A stretch of 64,000 nt of DNA from Eledone cirrhosa (lineage: Eukaryota): the NCBI GenBank assembly GCA_964016885.1, contig OZ024740.1, forward strand, positions 331,514,001 through 331,578,000, given 5' to 3'. The notes under the pieces were generated by a model that searched no databases, was not told the DNA's origin, and was given only the letters and a program-made list of their open reading frames with translations. The position numbers and the translations under genes are program-made. Position 1 is the first letter of the stretch; the number at the start of each line of letters is the position of its first letter. Positions 38,306 through 51,879 of the stretch are shown here, piece after piece.

Positions 38306-40988
38306 ATGCTAACAAAGAGCTACCTGCCTTTATCTCTGAAGAATATTCCCATCCCCTCTAGAAATACTTATGAAACACTCTTAATTGCTAGTGTTAACTG
38401 CTTCGTAAAAAGGATTAGATGGCGTGCTTTCCACTTTGATATTAATAGGAATAGGACTGACCCCAGGCATAGAACTCCTTTCAATAATTTGGCTTCAAAA
38501 CTTATAAGAGCCCACCACATAATGTTCTATTAGATAATTTTGAAAATGATTTACTTTCCCTTGTCAAAAATATTAAGTATAGGCCATATAATAGACATGG
38601 AGATTATAATAAGTTTGACAGGGTCCAGTCTAGACTTAAAAATATTGTTAAGGATTTTAGAGCGAATAAGTCTATTCTTGTCCCGGCTGATAAGACTAAG
38701 AATCTATACTCTATGGATTACAGTTCTTACCGTAATTTTATTTATAAGGAGCTGCATAGAAATTATAAAAAGACTACGCAAGATAATTTGGATCATATCA
38801 ATAATGAGGGTCTGAAGATAGTCTCGGACCTTGGCCTTGATAAGTATACACAGCCATATTACCCTAGGGAACCGAGATTCACTCTTAAGGATCATAAGGT
38901 AGACTTCATTAGTAATCCCTCTGTTAGACTCATCTGTCCTTCTAATTCTGATATAGCCATAATTAGTAAGAAAATCCTTGACCTTATTATACCAGCCTTT
39001 AGGGAGAAGGTTAATTTTAATTTATGGGGGAACACTAAGGAGGTTATAGATTGGTTCTCTGGTATTACTAAACTTGAATCTAGTAGGTTTATCCAGTTTG
39101 ATATTGATGCCTATTACACATCGATGTCACCTATCCTCCTTAATAAAGCCTTAATGATGGCCATGAGAGTGTCCAGCCTTACACGATCACAGATTGATAT
39201 TATACTAGCAGCCCGTAGAACTATCATCAATTTCGAGGATACATTTTGGACCCGTAAAAACACGCCCAACAATTTCGACGTTACAATGGGTTCGAGTGGT
39301 CCGGCCAAGGTAACTGATCTCGTTGGGCTGTTCCTCCTAAATGAACTGTATGTTGCCTTTCCGCACCTTAAAGGCGGACTTTATCGTGACGATGCATTGT
39401 TTGTGATTAACTCTAGCACCAATAACATCGAGCATAATAAGAAGCTTTATAAGTTTTTTAAAAGCTTTAACCTTTCGATCACGATAGATAGAAATGATAG
39501 AGCTGTCAACTTTTTAGATGTGACTTTGGACTTGGTCACTAATAGTTTTAAACCCTTCCATAAGCCTAATGAAATACTCTCTTATGTTAGTCCCAATTCT
39601 AACCACCCCAAATCTATGATAAGATCTATAATTAATGGTGTATCTAATAGAATTTCCACACTCTCTAAGGACATAGGAATATTTAATGCACATGCAGAGT
39701 ACTATAACAATGCCCTAGCTAACTCCGGTTACTCTGGTAAAATACATTATAATAATAGTAACCTTAGAAAGTCTCCGCTTACATATAATAATAATAACAT
39801 AATATCCCATAATATGGTCATGAATGGGAGTAGAAAGCATAAGAATCGTAGAAATCACATAGGTGTATCCGAACCCATCCATAAGTTAAGCCACCGGATT
39901 CGTAATAGGGAATCTAATAGTTCTAGGGATCAAGTTGGGAGCTCCGAGCGCTCACTCAGTGGTAATGTTTTGCTAAATCTAATTCTAATAGTGTTGTTTC
40001 TACTGATCCTATTATTAGCCCTAATCCTATTGATATGATTCCAGATAGCAGTTGATATACTAGAGGTAGAAACAGAAAGAGACTCAACGGGGTTTCGGCT
40101 GATTCTAATAATGTGGTTTTAGCTAGTCCTAGTAGTAACCCAGATCTTAATAATGGGATATTAGATAACGGTAGAGTTGGTAAGGATAGAAATAGAAGGA
40201 GACTAAATACTTATTTTAACCCGCCATATTATCAGGAAGTATTAACTAACATCCCTAAGTCTTTCTTTTCTATCTTAGAGAAAAATGTCCCTCCTACTAA
40301 TAAATACCATGGTATTTTTAATAAAAATGTAATTAAACTATCATTCTCTACCACCCCTAATATTAGTTCTCATTTAGCTAGCACTAACAATGGGAAAATT
40401 AGGGACGGCTACTCCTCTCTGCGCACTACTAGTCTGGATAGATCCATAAATGTCTTACCACCCGAGCGGACCTTATCTCATAGTAACCCTACGAGTGATG
40501 CATCACTACTTCAGCCAATCAATAGCACCCGGAAGTGTAACTGTAGAGTGAGTGTTAACTGCCCTTTAAACGGTAACTGCCTCGCTAGGAACATCGTTTA
40601 TGCTTGTGTAGTTAAAACTAATTCCTCTTATCGCACATATATAGGCTCAACATCTAACACTTTTAAGACCAGGTTTAATTCTCATATCTCTAATTTTAAA
40701 CATGTTAAGTTTAAGAATTCTACTTCTTTAGCACACCATATCTGGGATCTTAAGGGGGCTAATATACCATATAGCCTTAATTGGCGAATAGTAGCACGCT
40801 CTAATTACCTATCAACGCACACTAAATTCTGTAATCTCTGTATCCTTGAGACTCACTCTATAATTTTCTCTAGGGAACCCTTACTTAATAGAAAGTTTGA
40901 GATATTCTCTTCCTGCCCCCACGCCATTTCTAATTCTTACTTTTATTATAAACCTAAAAGTTCTGGTAGTGTAAATTGTATCCATTAG
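38306..40988 (+). pseudogene. PLE reverse transcriptase-GIY-YIG polyprotein (frameshifts near 38480 and 39970; TGA 40053)
   Basis: Motifs SLKNIPIP..RIRWRA, PADKTKNLY, FIQFDIDAYY, FDVTMGS, GLYRDD, FLDVTLDL, SNHP, YFNPPY, CNCRVSVNCPLNGNCL, NIVY..YIGST..FKTR and CNLC..E..CPH. This set is typical of Naiad/Chlamys PLEs. Confidence 0.9.
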
Positions 40989-42136
40989 CTGCTATATTCC
41001 CTTATCTTTTTTGTTTAGGTTCATTTTGTTTACCACCATCATTATCATTATTATTATTGGTTTTTAACAGCTTTTAGATCTAGCTTTCATAGTCTTTTGG
41101 CTACCATACCATATCTATCTTCTTAAATATTATATTTTCACTATTAACACCTTATGAGTTTATATCTGATTATATATTTTATTTTATTTTATTTTATTTT
41201 ATATTATTTTATTTTATTTTATTTGGATTCTCATTTAGATAATTAACCCCTCCCCCTCCCCCCACACACTTGTCATTCGCCCCTTCAATTATACTATAAT
41301 TATATTTAATTCCCTTGTTATGCTCCTTTCTATTGAATAATACAGTATATTGATTATGATTTTATGCTCCTTCGTATCCTCCATACCTTTCTTTTTTCTG
41401 TCCCCATTGGCCTACCATAGTTCTATTTAAGTCCGTTTATTAGATAACGTTATTCAACTGATAGTAGAATATTTCATTCTATTCTGGATATTTTTATTGA
41501 GATATCTTAAACTTTGGAGATTTTGATTACTTAACCATAGCTAATTTTGTATTGACTTATTATGTATTTTAGATACTTTCAATATTAATTAATTTAATAG
41601 GGTTTTCTAGTCATTTATCCGGGTTTAATTCCTAATTTTTTTTACTGGTGACACCTAAGTAAATATACTTGTTTTTGTTCTTCGATTTCCGGTTGATTTT
41701 ATTTATATTTTTTTACTACCGTGCGTAGTTTTCCTGTCTGGTTTTTATTTACTTATTCACATATGTCTGTCTACCAACCACGTAATTATTTATATTATAA
41801 TATGTTTATTATTTGATATTGAAGTTATTATATCATATCACTCAATGTAATTGTACTATAGATCTTAAATATTTACCGATTATTCGATGTACCCTTATGT
41901 TAAATTTTGTAAATTCTGTAATATGTTTATATTTTTATAATTTTTGTAATGTTTAGATAATATTTATTTATACCAATTGTATAAATACTTGACCTCCGTC
42001 TGTTTTCTTACAACGGTATAGATATTTTTCCAGCATAATTTTTTCAACACAATTTAGTTCTGTATGATATTTTTTTTCCCACCCTCTGTGTGTAGCTTTA
42101 TATGATTTGTTAAGTTATATCCCAATGTATTATAAT

Positions 42137-42319
42137 TGTTTCTACTTTAGGCACAAGGCCAGCAATTACCCAGTGCATTACTGGTACTTTATTTTATCTA
42201 CCCCGTAAGGATGAAAGGCAAAGTCAACCTCGGCGGGATTTGAACTCACATCGTAAAGGGACGTAACTATGCTGGAAAGCATGGCGTCCGACCCTCTACC
42301 AATATTGCCAATCCACCGG
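42137..42319 (-). mobile_element. S1 SINE inserted in the 3' pLTR with a 14-bp TSD
   Basis: CAATGTATTATAAT occurs at 42123-42136 and 42320-42333. The 5' pLTR has the single, empty site at 37251-37264. Confidence 0.92.
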
Positions 42320-42879
42320 CAATGTATTATAATATTGTTATTATAGTGTTATTGTAATATTTATATTGTTTGTGCAAATTGACCGTAGATTATAAATTAT
42401 AGTATATTATATATTATATGTTTACTTTTACTCATTTCTTTATCATTTTATACTGTAAATAATATATGTATTATATTTTATTTTTATTTTTATTTATATT
42501 TAAACTCTTAATAAGTGTTAGTTTGTGTTTGTATTGATGGATATGTGTATTGATATATATATATGTGTACATATGTATATATATATATATATGTATATTG
42601 GGCCTTTTAATATTATTATTATTATAATTATCAATTATATTATATTATATTATATTACATTACATATAGTACTGTAATTCTCGCTTTATATCACCACTTG
42701 TGGTTAGTTTTAGTTTTCGCATTGTACTATATTTGTAATATGGTTCAAAATGTTATTCACTTCCTTAGCAATTTTTACTTGATCATTTTTACTTGATAAT
42801 TTTCCTATGCTTTAATGTATGTATACTCCATATTCTTCTGAGGTTTTGGCTTGTATTGGCCGATAGTGCTTCTTATAAC

Positions 42880-42932
42880 TGTACTTGCCCTGATGAGTCC
42901 TTAATAGGACGAAACATTGCTGGCTATTAAAA
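42880..42932 (+). ncRNA. Hammerhead motif (3' pLTR), cleavage triplet mutated to GCT
   Basis: CTGATGA-GTCCTTAATAGGAC-GAAAC-ATT-GCT-GGC. Confidence 0.75.
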
Positions 42933-42987
42933 ACTTTTGATGTATTCAAGGCCTCTTTGGTTTATTTTTATATATATATACATTAAT

Positions 42988-43100
42988 TGTTTCTACTTTA
43001 GGCACAAGGCCAGCAATTACCCAGTTCATTACTGGTACTTTATTTTGTTGACCCCGTAAGGATGAAAGGCAAAGTCAACCTCGGCGGGATTTGAACTCAG
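42988..43100 (-). mobile_element. 5'-truncated S1 SINE with an 18-bp TSD
   Basis: ATATATATATACATTAAT occurs at 42970-42987 and 43101-43118. Confidence 0.88.
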
Positions 43101-43669
43101 ATATATATATACATTAATGGACGTGAGAATGACTACTGAATACCGAAGTAGTGTTTAAATATTCTCTATTATGGATAAGTAATGAGTGTTATTATTCTGT
43201 AGATTCACCGGTGTAGTCACAGGAGCATTAGCCAAGAATGATTATTTAATGAGAGAGTATGAATAAGATTTGCGTGGATGGGTATATTTGAATGGGTGTG
43301 TATGTAATAAGGGTGGCTTTTAGGAGAGATGTGGGCAAAAAATCAATGGATATGAGAAAGGTGAAAAAGAAAAAATCATGAAAATTTAAAAACAAAGATA
43401 CGACCAACTGTGAAGCATAATATATTTTTATTTTTATTTTTTTCATCCTTCCTACTCCTTTTCAACCACATCTTGATTTAATCTGTATTCTCCCCTACCC
43501 CTTACTTTCCTTTTCTTTTTTCTACTTATTTTCTCTTTTTCCTTTTCTCTTTTTCTTTTCTTTTCTTCCTCCCTATTTTTTCTTTTCACCACCTGCTTAT
43601 TTTCAACGTATTCTCGCCTACGTCCTTTCACTCTTGACCATATCTTTCTTTTTTTTACAAGGTGTTTAT

Positions 43670-44560
43670 TACAGAAGTCGGTAGAACAGAAGTCTAATAA
43701 GGGCTCTCCATTCGTATTTAGATCGGGATCACCGTTCTTTCCAATTACTCCTTTCCATATCCTGTGGTCAGTGCCAACATGTGTATTGAAATCTCTCATC
43801 AGGATATATGGCTCAGTCGTAACAAAACCTAACGCTGCTGTGGATTTGTGCATAAAATTGCACCACCAACAACAAATCTATCTTTTATCCTTAGCTTCAA
43901 ATGGTAACTCCTCCCGTCATGGTGACAGTCGTGAGTTTTCGAGTATCACCACCCCACCTGTGCAGCCATTTCAATCGCCACACTTGAATATTTTATTTTC
44001 CATCAACTATCCAAAACTACAATATCAGAGCCAGTGAACCTAGCTGCGGAAACCCCGACAATATAAATCCGGTAACATCTAGCCTGATATACTAGTTCCT
44101 GCTCTTTAACTCTAAGCGTGTTAATATTCCAGGTTCCAATTTTCAAGGTTTCCTCCATTTTGAAACGTCTTTGGGGTTTCGGGATATGCAATTTTTTGCG
44201 TACATCCCACTCTTCCAAGGACACGTCACAGGCATATCGCCATATTTTAATTCAGGAAATGAAGACTGCAATAGATGTTTCAAACAGTCGCCTCCATCTA
44301 CGGCTTGAACGGGTCCCTTGTTAACCCACGCGAAACTTTATGTGGTGGGGATTCCTTTTCTTACCTCCTCTGGCAATATTGCAGTTTCGCTGATCGTATT
44401 CATGCCAGTCACCAATCTAGTACTTTCCCAAACATGCAAACACTAGGCGTTTTAGAAGCGGCCTTTACTCATCTCATCTTATATAGATCCCTGGGTTGTG
44501 AGTGTTTTCTTAGAAGTTACATGTGCCACCCGTTGGTCCATCTATCTTAGTAGTAACCAC
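43670..44560 (-). pseudogene. RTE-like LINE 5' remnant (AP endonuclease domain)
   Basis: LKIGTWNINTL..EQELV..IVGVS and DFNTHVGTD..WKGVIGKNG..LNTNGEPLLDFC. Confidence 0.7.
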
Positions 44561-45392
44561 TGTTGGTCTAGGGTTTCATATTCTTTCAGCAGGATCCCAT
44601 CTATATCGTAACTAACCATCACATATGATAGCCGGATCGCTATTCACTCCCTATGATCCGTTCTCTAGCAAAATACTGCCAAGAACCTCGGAGATAAAAG
44701 AGTCATTCTGGGCATGTGGTTAAAATGTCTCAGGCTAGAATCCCTGGGTGGATTTTACGGAGAAAACAAACTAGAAGGAGAGTCAGTTGTAGTCTTCTAA
44801 CCAGATGGCTGGATAAAAATCCATGAACTTGGCTGGTCCTCCCAGCCGGGTCAGATGGAAATGGTTGCTACTTTCAGATCCCGCTGCAAGGAGTGTTTGT
44901 ATCTCAATTGTGTTAATGGAATGTCCATTAACACAATTGAGATATACACACATATTCACAGAAAATTTCCCTCTCCCGAAAAGTAATTTTCTTCTGTGTG
45001 AAAAACAAAAACACAACGACCACCACTACTACTATTCCATTTCATATCCAGTCTTCTTCTCAACAAGAAAGATAAACAAACCTGACTCAATACTTAATTT
45101 TAATTCTTTAATTTTTAATTCTTTCTAATTCTTCTTAATGGTAATGGTGATGGATTTCACTGATACATCGAAATCGGTTATATTTTATATATTTTATATA
45201 TATTTAGATATATTATGAAACTCATTTTAAAATAATTGTCCCTCTCTAATTTCAATAATGTCACTATGACGAATCAGAGAAGAAAAAAAGAAAAACAGAT
45301 CCTTAAATATATTTTCCGTGCTATTTTCAATTCCACTTTTTCTCTATAACCACTAGTTTGTATAGAATCTTACTCCCTTTTCAAATATATAC

Positions 45393-45506
<114 letters not shown>

Positions 45507-46289
45507 TGTATATGTGTGTGGGGGGGGGGGGAGTATATATGCCTATTCACATACAACTATATCAGAGTGCATGCTTTGTAAGCAATCCAGTGCAAGAAAG
45601 AATCTCCTCTGCTGTTCTAACAATTCCATCTAATCCCATCGTAAATCAGTTGTTATCACGTTCGCAAAATTAAAGAAATAAATAATATGACGTTCACATT
45701 GCGCATTTTTTACTCTCTAAAAGAAGAATTGAATCATTAGCAAACAGAAAATAATGTAATGCTGTATGTGATGACCTTTTCATTTGTATAAAGGACGTAC
45801 AAATTACATTTGTATTCCATGAATAAAGAGAACACTACCAGTTGATGTAATAAAATGGATGCACGTTGTTTCAATTTTGGATTGATATTCATTTTAGAGA
45901 ATGATCCAAATGTAGATACACATACAATTGCAGCTGTATGCATAATAGCATAATAAATGCTGAGAGCTTTAAACATATTGTGAATAAAATGTATATCTAT
46001 CTAGCTCTATATATCTATCTATCTATCTGTATATCTATCTATCTATCTATCTATCTATTAATCTAGCTGTCGTCTGTTCTACAGTGTGGATGTCATTCAC
46101 TTCGCACAGAAGTTTTGTTCAAATTTATTGAGGAAATTTTGTGAGTTCAAACTTAATTTTGATACAATTGTGTAGCTTGACCCTCCGTCTGAACTGTCAG
46201 GCGGTGGGTCAGCTCATCTTTACCCCTCCTAGAGGTGAAAAACCTGTTTTAAAAAATTTTGTGTAAAAAATTTCAATCGTCTAACAGAA

Positions 46290-48190
46290 ATGTTAAACGC
46301 AGCGAACGAAAATAGTGGTGGGGGGACAGCGGTAAGAGTTGTAAGCTCGCACGCTTTAGTCCTCCCTTCCTTCCCAACTAACGTCATAGAGAAGGAAGGA
46401 AAAATTAAAATAAAAACGGACGAATCTGCGGAGAAAAAATTAAATGACGTAAACACAAATCTGGACTTGGATTCCAACAACGAAAAAAAAAAATTTGAAA
46501 AATTGCATGACAATACTAATAACACAAACAAAGACACAACAAACAAAAAAATAACAGTTGAAAATAACACCATATCAGAAAACAAAGCAGACGACAAGAT
46601 TTCATTTGCACAGAAAACAAAGAATCTTTGACTTATATAGCGGAAAACATTTCAGATGTGGTTCGAAGGATCACGGACGCCAAACAATACATAAGTGAAG
46701 CAGAGAATGGCATTTTATCGGTAAAAATGCCTCAAGAATTCACGAAAGACATTGAAAGCCGAACGGTCAAGTTTCGGACCATCAACAACAGTACAAAAAA
46801 ACCTGAACAGCCTTCTCAAGCAGATATCAAAACAGTACTCACAGAAGTACTGAATGAAACAACTTTCATAAGAAAAGACAGACTGTATGGAAGCCTAGCA
46901 ATTATCATGAAGAACGAATCGGCGGCAAAAAAATGTGCTTTGTGACCGATTCGTTCGAAAAATTTCACCTTTTATCCATCTTATATGGGGAAAAGAACTC
47001 AGCGCATATGGCTGGATGCAATGATGCCAGATGTGCACTACTGCTGGCTCATAGCTGGCTTCATCGATCCAGTGAATGACAACGTGATTTCCATTGGGAA
47101 AACCACAGGCAATGCGTTCAGTGGAACAGGTATAGAACTGGTAGTACAAATGAAGCCTGAACGCATCGCCCAAATACCCGACAGAATCCTATTAGAGGAC
47201 CACGGGTATATAAACATTAGCGTGGAGGGGAGAAGGCCGTCCTGCCATATCTGTGCAGGCAGAGGGCACCTGAAGGCCGCTTGTCCCCAACTCATCAAAA
47301 AGAAAACCCTGCTACCAACACCAGCTCCACCACCACCACCACAACAGATATACAAACAACAAAACTCAGTCCCACCCAACCCGTCCCTCAGTAAAACCAC
47401 AACACCACCACAACACAAACAGTCACAACACATTACCCCAAAACAAAATACAGGCCCACCCAACCTCTCACTCAATAAAACAACACAACCACCGCAGACA
47501 CAACACACAACACAGTCTAACATAGTGACATCCATCTCCCCCACAAAGAAAACCAACACGGAAACATTACCAGCAAACATACCTCTTCCCTCCAACACTG
47601 AAGATAACCCAACGAATTCGGAGGAAGAAACGGAGTCCTTCAGACAGATTAAAAGGAAAAAAAGAAAACATGTGCAAAACACACAAGGACAAACAACCCC
47701 CACCCAAATCTCAACACAATCCAACGAAACAGAAAACACCCCTCCAGCAACAAACAAAACTAAACCTGTCCCTCCCCTCTTCGAAACACTCACACCATCG
47801 GAAAAAAAGACATTACACTATACTTACATCAACAGAAACAATAATAAATTAAATGAACTCATATACAATAATCCTTCGGTACAAACCGAAGGTGTAAACT
47901 TTGTTTCGTCAGAAAACTACCCACATTTAAAACTAATAAAGATCCCAATGAACCTCTACCAAAAACTAAAAAAGGATTTTAAGGAGGACGTAGGACCACC
48001 CTCTGTCAAACCCATAAACCGCGTCCTACTAAAAAGCTTTCCCCCTCCCCTTCCCCTCCCCAACACAACTCCAAACACCCCAACCCCACCACACACTGAC
48101 GACCCCACACCACCACAAGACACCCCTTCACCCAACACCCCCGACCCCATGGAAGTCGTGCAACCCGTACCCCGGGAAGCGGAAAGGTAG
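46290..48190 (+). pseudogene. Tx1-like ORF1 (CCHC zinc knuckle, Pro/Thr-rich tail), frameshifted
   Basis: Pieces 46290-46631, 46628-46945 and 46985-48190. VEGRRPSCHICAGRGHLKAAC knuckle. Confidence 0.8.
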
Positions 48191-48223
48191 GTCTCTACAC
48201 TCTCCTTTGGCTCTGCCGCCCAC

Positions 48224-51200
48224 ATGGATGTGTTAAGAGTAGGATGTTTGAATGCACGTGGCCTGGGCTCAACTTGGAAGCAAGCAAAGCTTCTAAATGA
48301 CCTCAGGTCATGTAGTATAAATGTAATGGTTATCTGTGAGACTCGAATCAGCGTCGTGCGGCAGCTGGCCCCCACCTTCGATGACTTTGAGGTGCATGCA
48401 TCTCTCTGTCAACCTGGAGGTGGGGGTGGGGTTGTCGTACTGCTGCAAAAACACCTGGGTCTTGCCGTACAGGTTGTGCACTCGGACCCGGGGGGGGGGT
48501 CGTTTGTTGGTGCTAGACGTTGGCAGTAGTGAAAATGCGGCCTTGAGACTGGTCGCCGTCTACTCCCCTTTCGGAGCTGAACGGCCCGACTTCTTCCAGC
48601 GTTTGGAGACTTTTCTGGGAACGTCGCGTGCCCTGCTTCTAGCGGGGGATTGGAATGACATCCTGGATGCACGTTGGGACTATGCAGGAGCATGTCCTAA
48701 TAGAGGGGGGTCTAACAGCCTCAAGGGGTTACTCGACCGTTTTAACTTGGTCGATAGATATCGACTAGATTTTCCAACTGTGCCTACCTGGACTTGGAGA
48801 AACCACAGTGGTCAATCTAGATCGTACTTAGATAGATTCTTAGTTAGAAGTAAGGATAGGGACATATTAAGCTGTCCAGAAATGCGCACGGTTGGCTACA
48901 CGGATCACAAATTAGTGACCTGCGTGGTCAATCTCGAGAAAACACATAGACAGGGTCCCGGTTACTGGAAACTTAATTTGTCCTTACCGGCAAAAGAGAC
49001 TTACAGAAACCGGATTAGCAGATTAGTTAAGGAGAGGTTGACGGGTGCAATCGTCAACAACCGATGGTGGGCATCTCTCAAAAGAGAGATTAGAACAGAA
49101 TCAATAAGTTATAGCAAGATGTTAGCTGCCGATAGGAATAGAAACGAGAAAGAATTAACAGGTAAATTAGAAGAGGCAATCAAGAGCGAAGATGTGGCCA
49201 GAGTGCTGGCATCGAGGACGGCCTTGAACCAGTTTTTCGATGCAAAGCACGAAGGCTGCGTCATTCGAAGTAAAATACGTGCTCTAAGTAATGAGGGGGC
49301 CAAAGCCGTTGGATGGGCCCGCGTGACAGAAGCTAAGAGTGGAAATCGATCCACCATCCGGTCGTTGCAAGACGAAGATGGACGGGTGATCCGGGAGCCT
49401 AAGCAGATGTGCGAGGCCTTTCAAAGGCACTTTGCCCGATTGTTCGTGGGAGGCGAGGGTCCGGGCGGGGGCGTGGATTTCAGTCCATACCTCGACGGCC
49501 TGCCGCGTCTCTCGAGCGAAGAGGCAGAGTCCTGCGAGGGACCAATCTCGGCTGATGAGATCGGAGATGCGCTGAGCCAATGCAGCAGACGCAAATCTCC
49601 AGGTCTCGATGGTATACCTTACGAACTTTATTTAGCAATGCCGGTCTTCTTCTCCGAACTCCTCGAAGCGGTCTACTGCAATTGGCAGCAGAACGGGAGA
49701 ATTCCTTGTTCTGTAGCCAAGGGCGTAGTCACGCTGGTGAGGAAGGACGAGAACAAGGGGGATAGTATAAATAATTTTCGGCCCATAACCCTGCTAAACA
49801 CAGAGTTAAAGATTTTGGCCAAGGTGTTAGCAAAGAGGTTGGCGCTTGTCGTGGGTGGCCTGGTGGGAGATGCGCAGACATGTGCTATCCCATCCAGGTC
49901 CATTCACGATAACCTCCACCTCATGCGATACATCATAGAGAGGGTTGGAAACAAACCCGGCTTCGGTGGGGCCCTGATCAACTTGGATCAGTCTAAGGCT
50001 TTCGATAGGGTCGACCATGGTTACCTGGATGCGGTGCTAGCGGCGGCTGGGTTCGGTCCTGTTTTCAGAGGCTGGATCACTGCCCTACATAGCAACCACA
50101 TCTGTTCTAGGATCAAGGTGAACGGCTACCTTTCGAAGCCGTTCGAAATCACACGATCCATTCGACAGGGGTGCCCTCTCTCCTCCCTTCTGTACGTATT
50201 GACTCTCGAGCCTTTACTGAGGAAGTTGGAGTTGTTGCAGGGTATCCCCCTGGAACCAGGATTGAGCAAAGCGGTGTCGGCCTACGCCGATGACGTAACA
50301 GTAATGGTATCAACCGACTCGGAGATCGAGGCGATCGGTACCTTACTGGAGGAGTACGAAAGGTTGTCAGGAGCGAAACTGAACCGGGAAAAATCCATCG
50401 GGCTGCAACTCAGAACGTGGAGAGGCAGACCGATGCCTCCTGACGGTGTCGTCGGACACTGGACGGAGGGCCGGGTAAAGTTGCTTGGGGTCTGGTTTGG
50501 ACCGGACCTCCAGGTGGAAAAGAACTGGAACGAGGTTACGAACAAGGTGTTTGCACTAACCCAGAAATGGGCCAAGTGTAAGCTGTCCCTAAAAGGCCGG
50601 GCGGAGGTGGCGAACATTTACATAGCGTCCGTCACTTACTACCGCCTGACTGTCGTGCCTTGCCCTAAGGAAACACTCACCACCATGGAACGCATGCTCT
50701 TCCAATTTCTTTGGAAGAAGCGTCCTCCTATGGTGAGAAGATCTATCTGCTGCCAACAACCTTCGAAAGGAGGGCTGGGGATGCCGTGGTTGATGATGCG
50801 TAGGCACGCATTAAGGCCACGGCACCTACAGGTATTCCTCACTGGTCAACCGGTGTGGGCTCCGTTCGTGAAACGAGCCTTTCCGAGACTCGTCTCGCTC
50901 ACCGAGCTACAGTCCTGGGTCAAGCAAAGATCCGGAAAACTGGGAGACTGGCACACTGAGTGTGCTCAGGCGCTCAGGGCTCTCTGGCAAGCGGGCCGGG
51001 CCATCGGTGGAGAATCCACCTCATCATTCTATAGAGGGCTGGTGGCTAGCAGGGGCGATGACACCCTTGGAGAGTCGCTGGACATGGAAGAAGACGAACT
51101 GGCCAGCCTGTTCGGTAGGACTTTCGGCCCAGGACCAATGGACAACTTCCAGAAGTCACTGGCCTGGCAGTGCTACCGGGGGGCTCTACCCGTTCAAGAG

Positions 51201-51665
51201 AGGCTCTACAGACACGGGCGCCCGGGCAGGGATCCCTCAAAAAAGATTTGCCCTAGATGCGTGCGTCACGAAGAAACCGTTGCGCACGCATTGGTGCAAT
51301 GTCCGGGCGTGGCTGATCTGTGGGGCTACGCCGAACAACTGCTGTCGCGGGTGGCGCCGATTAAATTGACCGCCGAGTCCGTGATGACAATCAAACCGCC
51401 TCCCCTCTTCACAAAGGAAGCAAAGGCGGTTTTTCTGTGCGTAATAGCCATGTTGAAAGAGGTTGTTTGGTGGACACGATTGAAAGGTCTGAGGTCAGGC
51501 AACTTCCTCTCTGGCCATAGTCTGGTCTACTTCTTCCGATATCACTTCGGAAGAAGGATAAGAATGGAGAGAGAGGTGCTTGGCCACAGGCAGTTTTATG
51601 AAAGGTGGGTGATAGTGGCGAGAATGGCTCGTGTAAATGGGCCTTCTCTGTATACCATCCTGTAG
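48224..51665 (+). pseudogene. Tx1-like ORF2 (AP endonuclease, RT, C-terminal CCHC) with one frameshift at the G-run ~48489-48499
   Basis: GCLNARGL, ICETR, GDWN, SYLDRF, TDHK; SPGLDG, FRPITLLN, LDQSKAFDRV, RQGCPLS, YADD; CPRC..ETVAHALVQC. Confidence 0.92.
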
Positions 51666-51879
51666 GTAAAGAAGTAAAGGAGAGGGGAGCACCTTCTCCA
51701 TGTGCTCCCCGGGCAAAGGATTGCACACTTTTTCGGGGGTGTGTGCAACCCCCATCACGTCCCCTCCCTTTTGAGGTTATTTTCGATTATTTTCATGTTA
51801 CACCCTTTTTACTCGATTATATGTAAACTCCCCCTTTGTATTTGTCCCTTCTTTTTATGCCTTTATGGTAAATAAAGAA

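Larger units (their letters stand above)
36802..42969 (+). mobile_element. Naiad-type Penelope-like retroelement 1 with direct and inverted pseudo-LTRs
   Basis: 36802-37002 is the reverse complement of ~38034-38236. ~37000-38130 is a direct repeat of ~41870-42969. The ORF lies between the repeats, and (TA)n abuts both ends. Confidence 0.9.

Noticed and set aside
40053-40055. In-frame TGA in the Naiad ORF as selenocysteine (some Naiads are reported to encode Sec)
   Set aside because: It lies in a low-complexity linker, not at a conserved Cys. The Cys motifs of the C-terminal ORF read as Cys, and I recognised no SECIS. A simple nonsense mutation is more likely.
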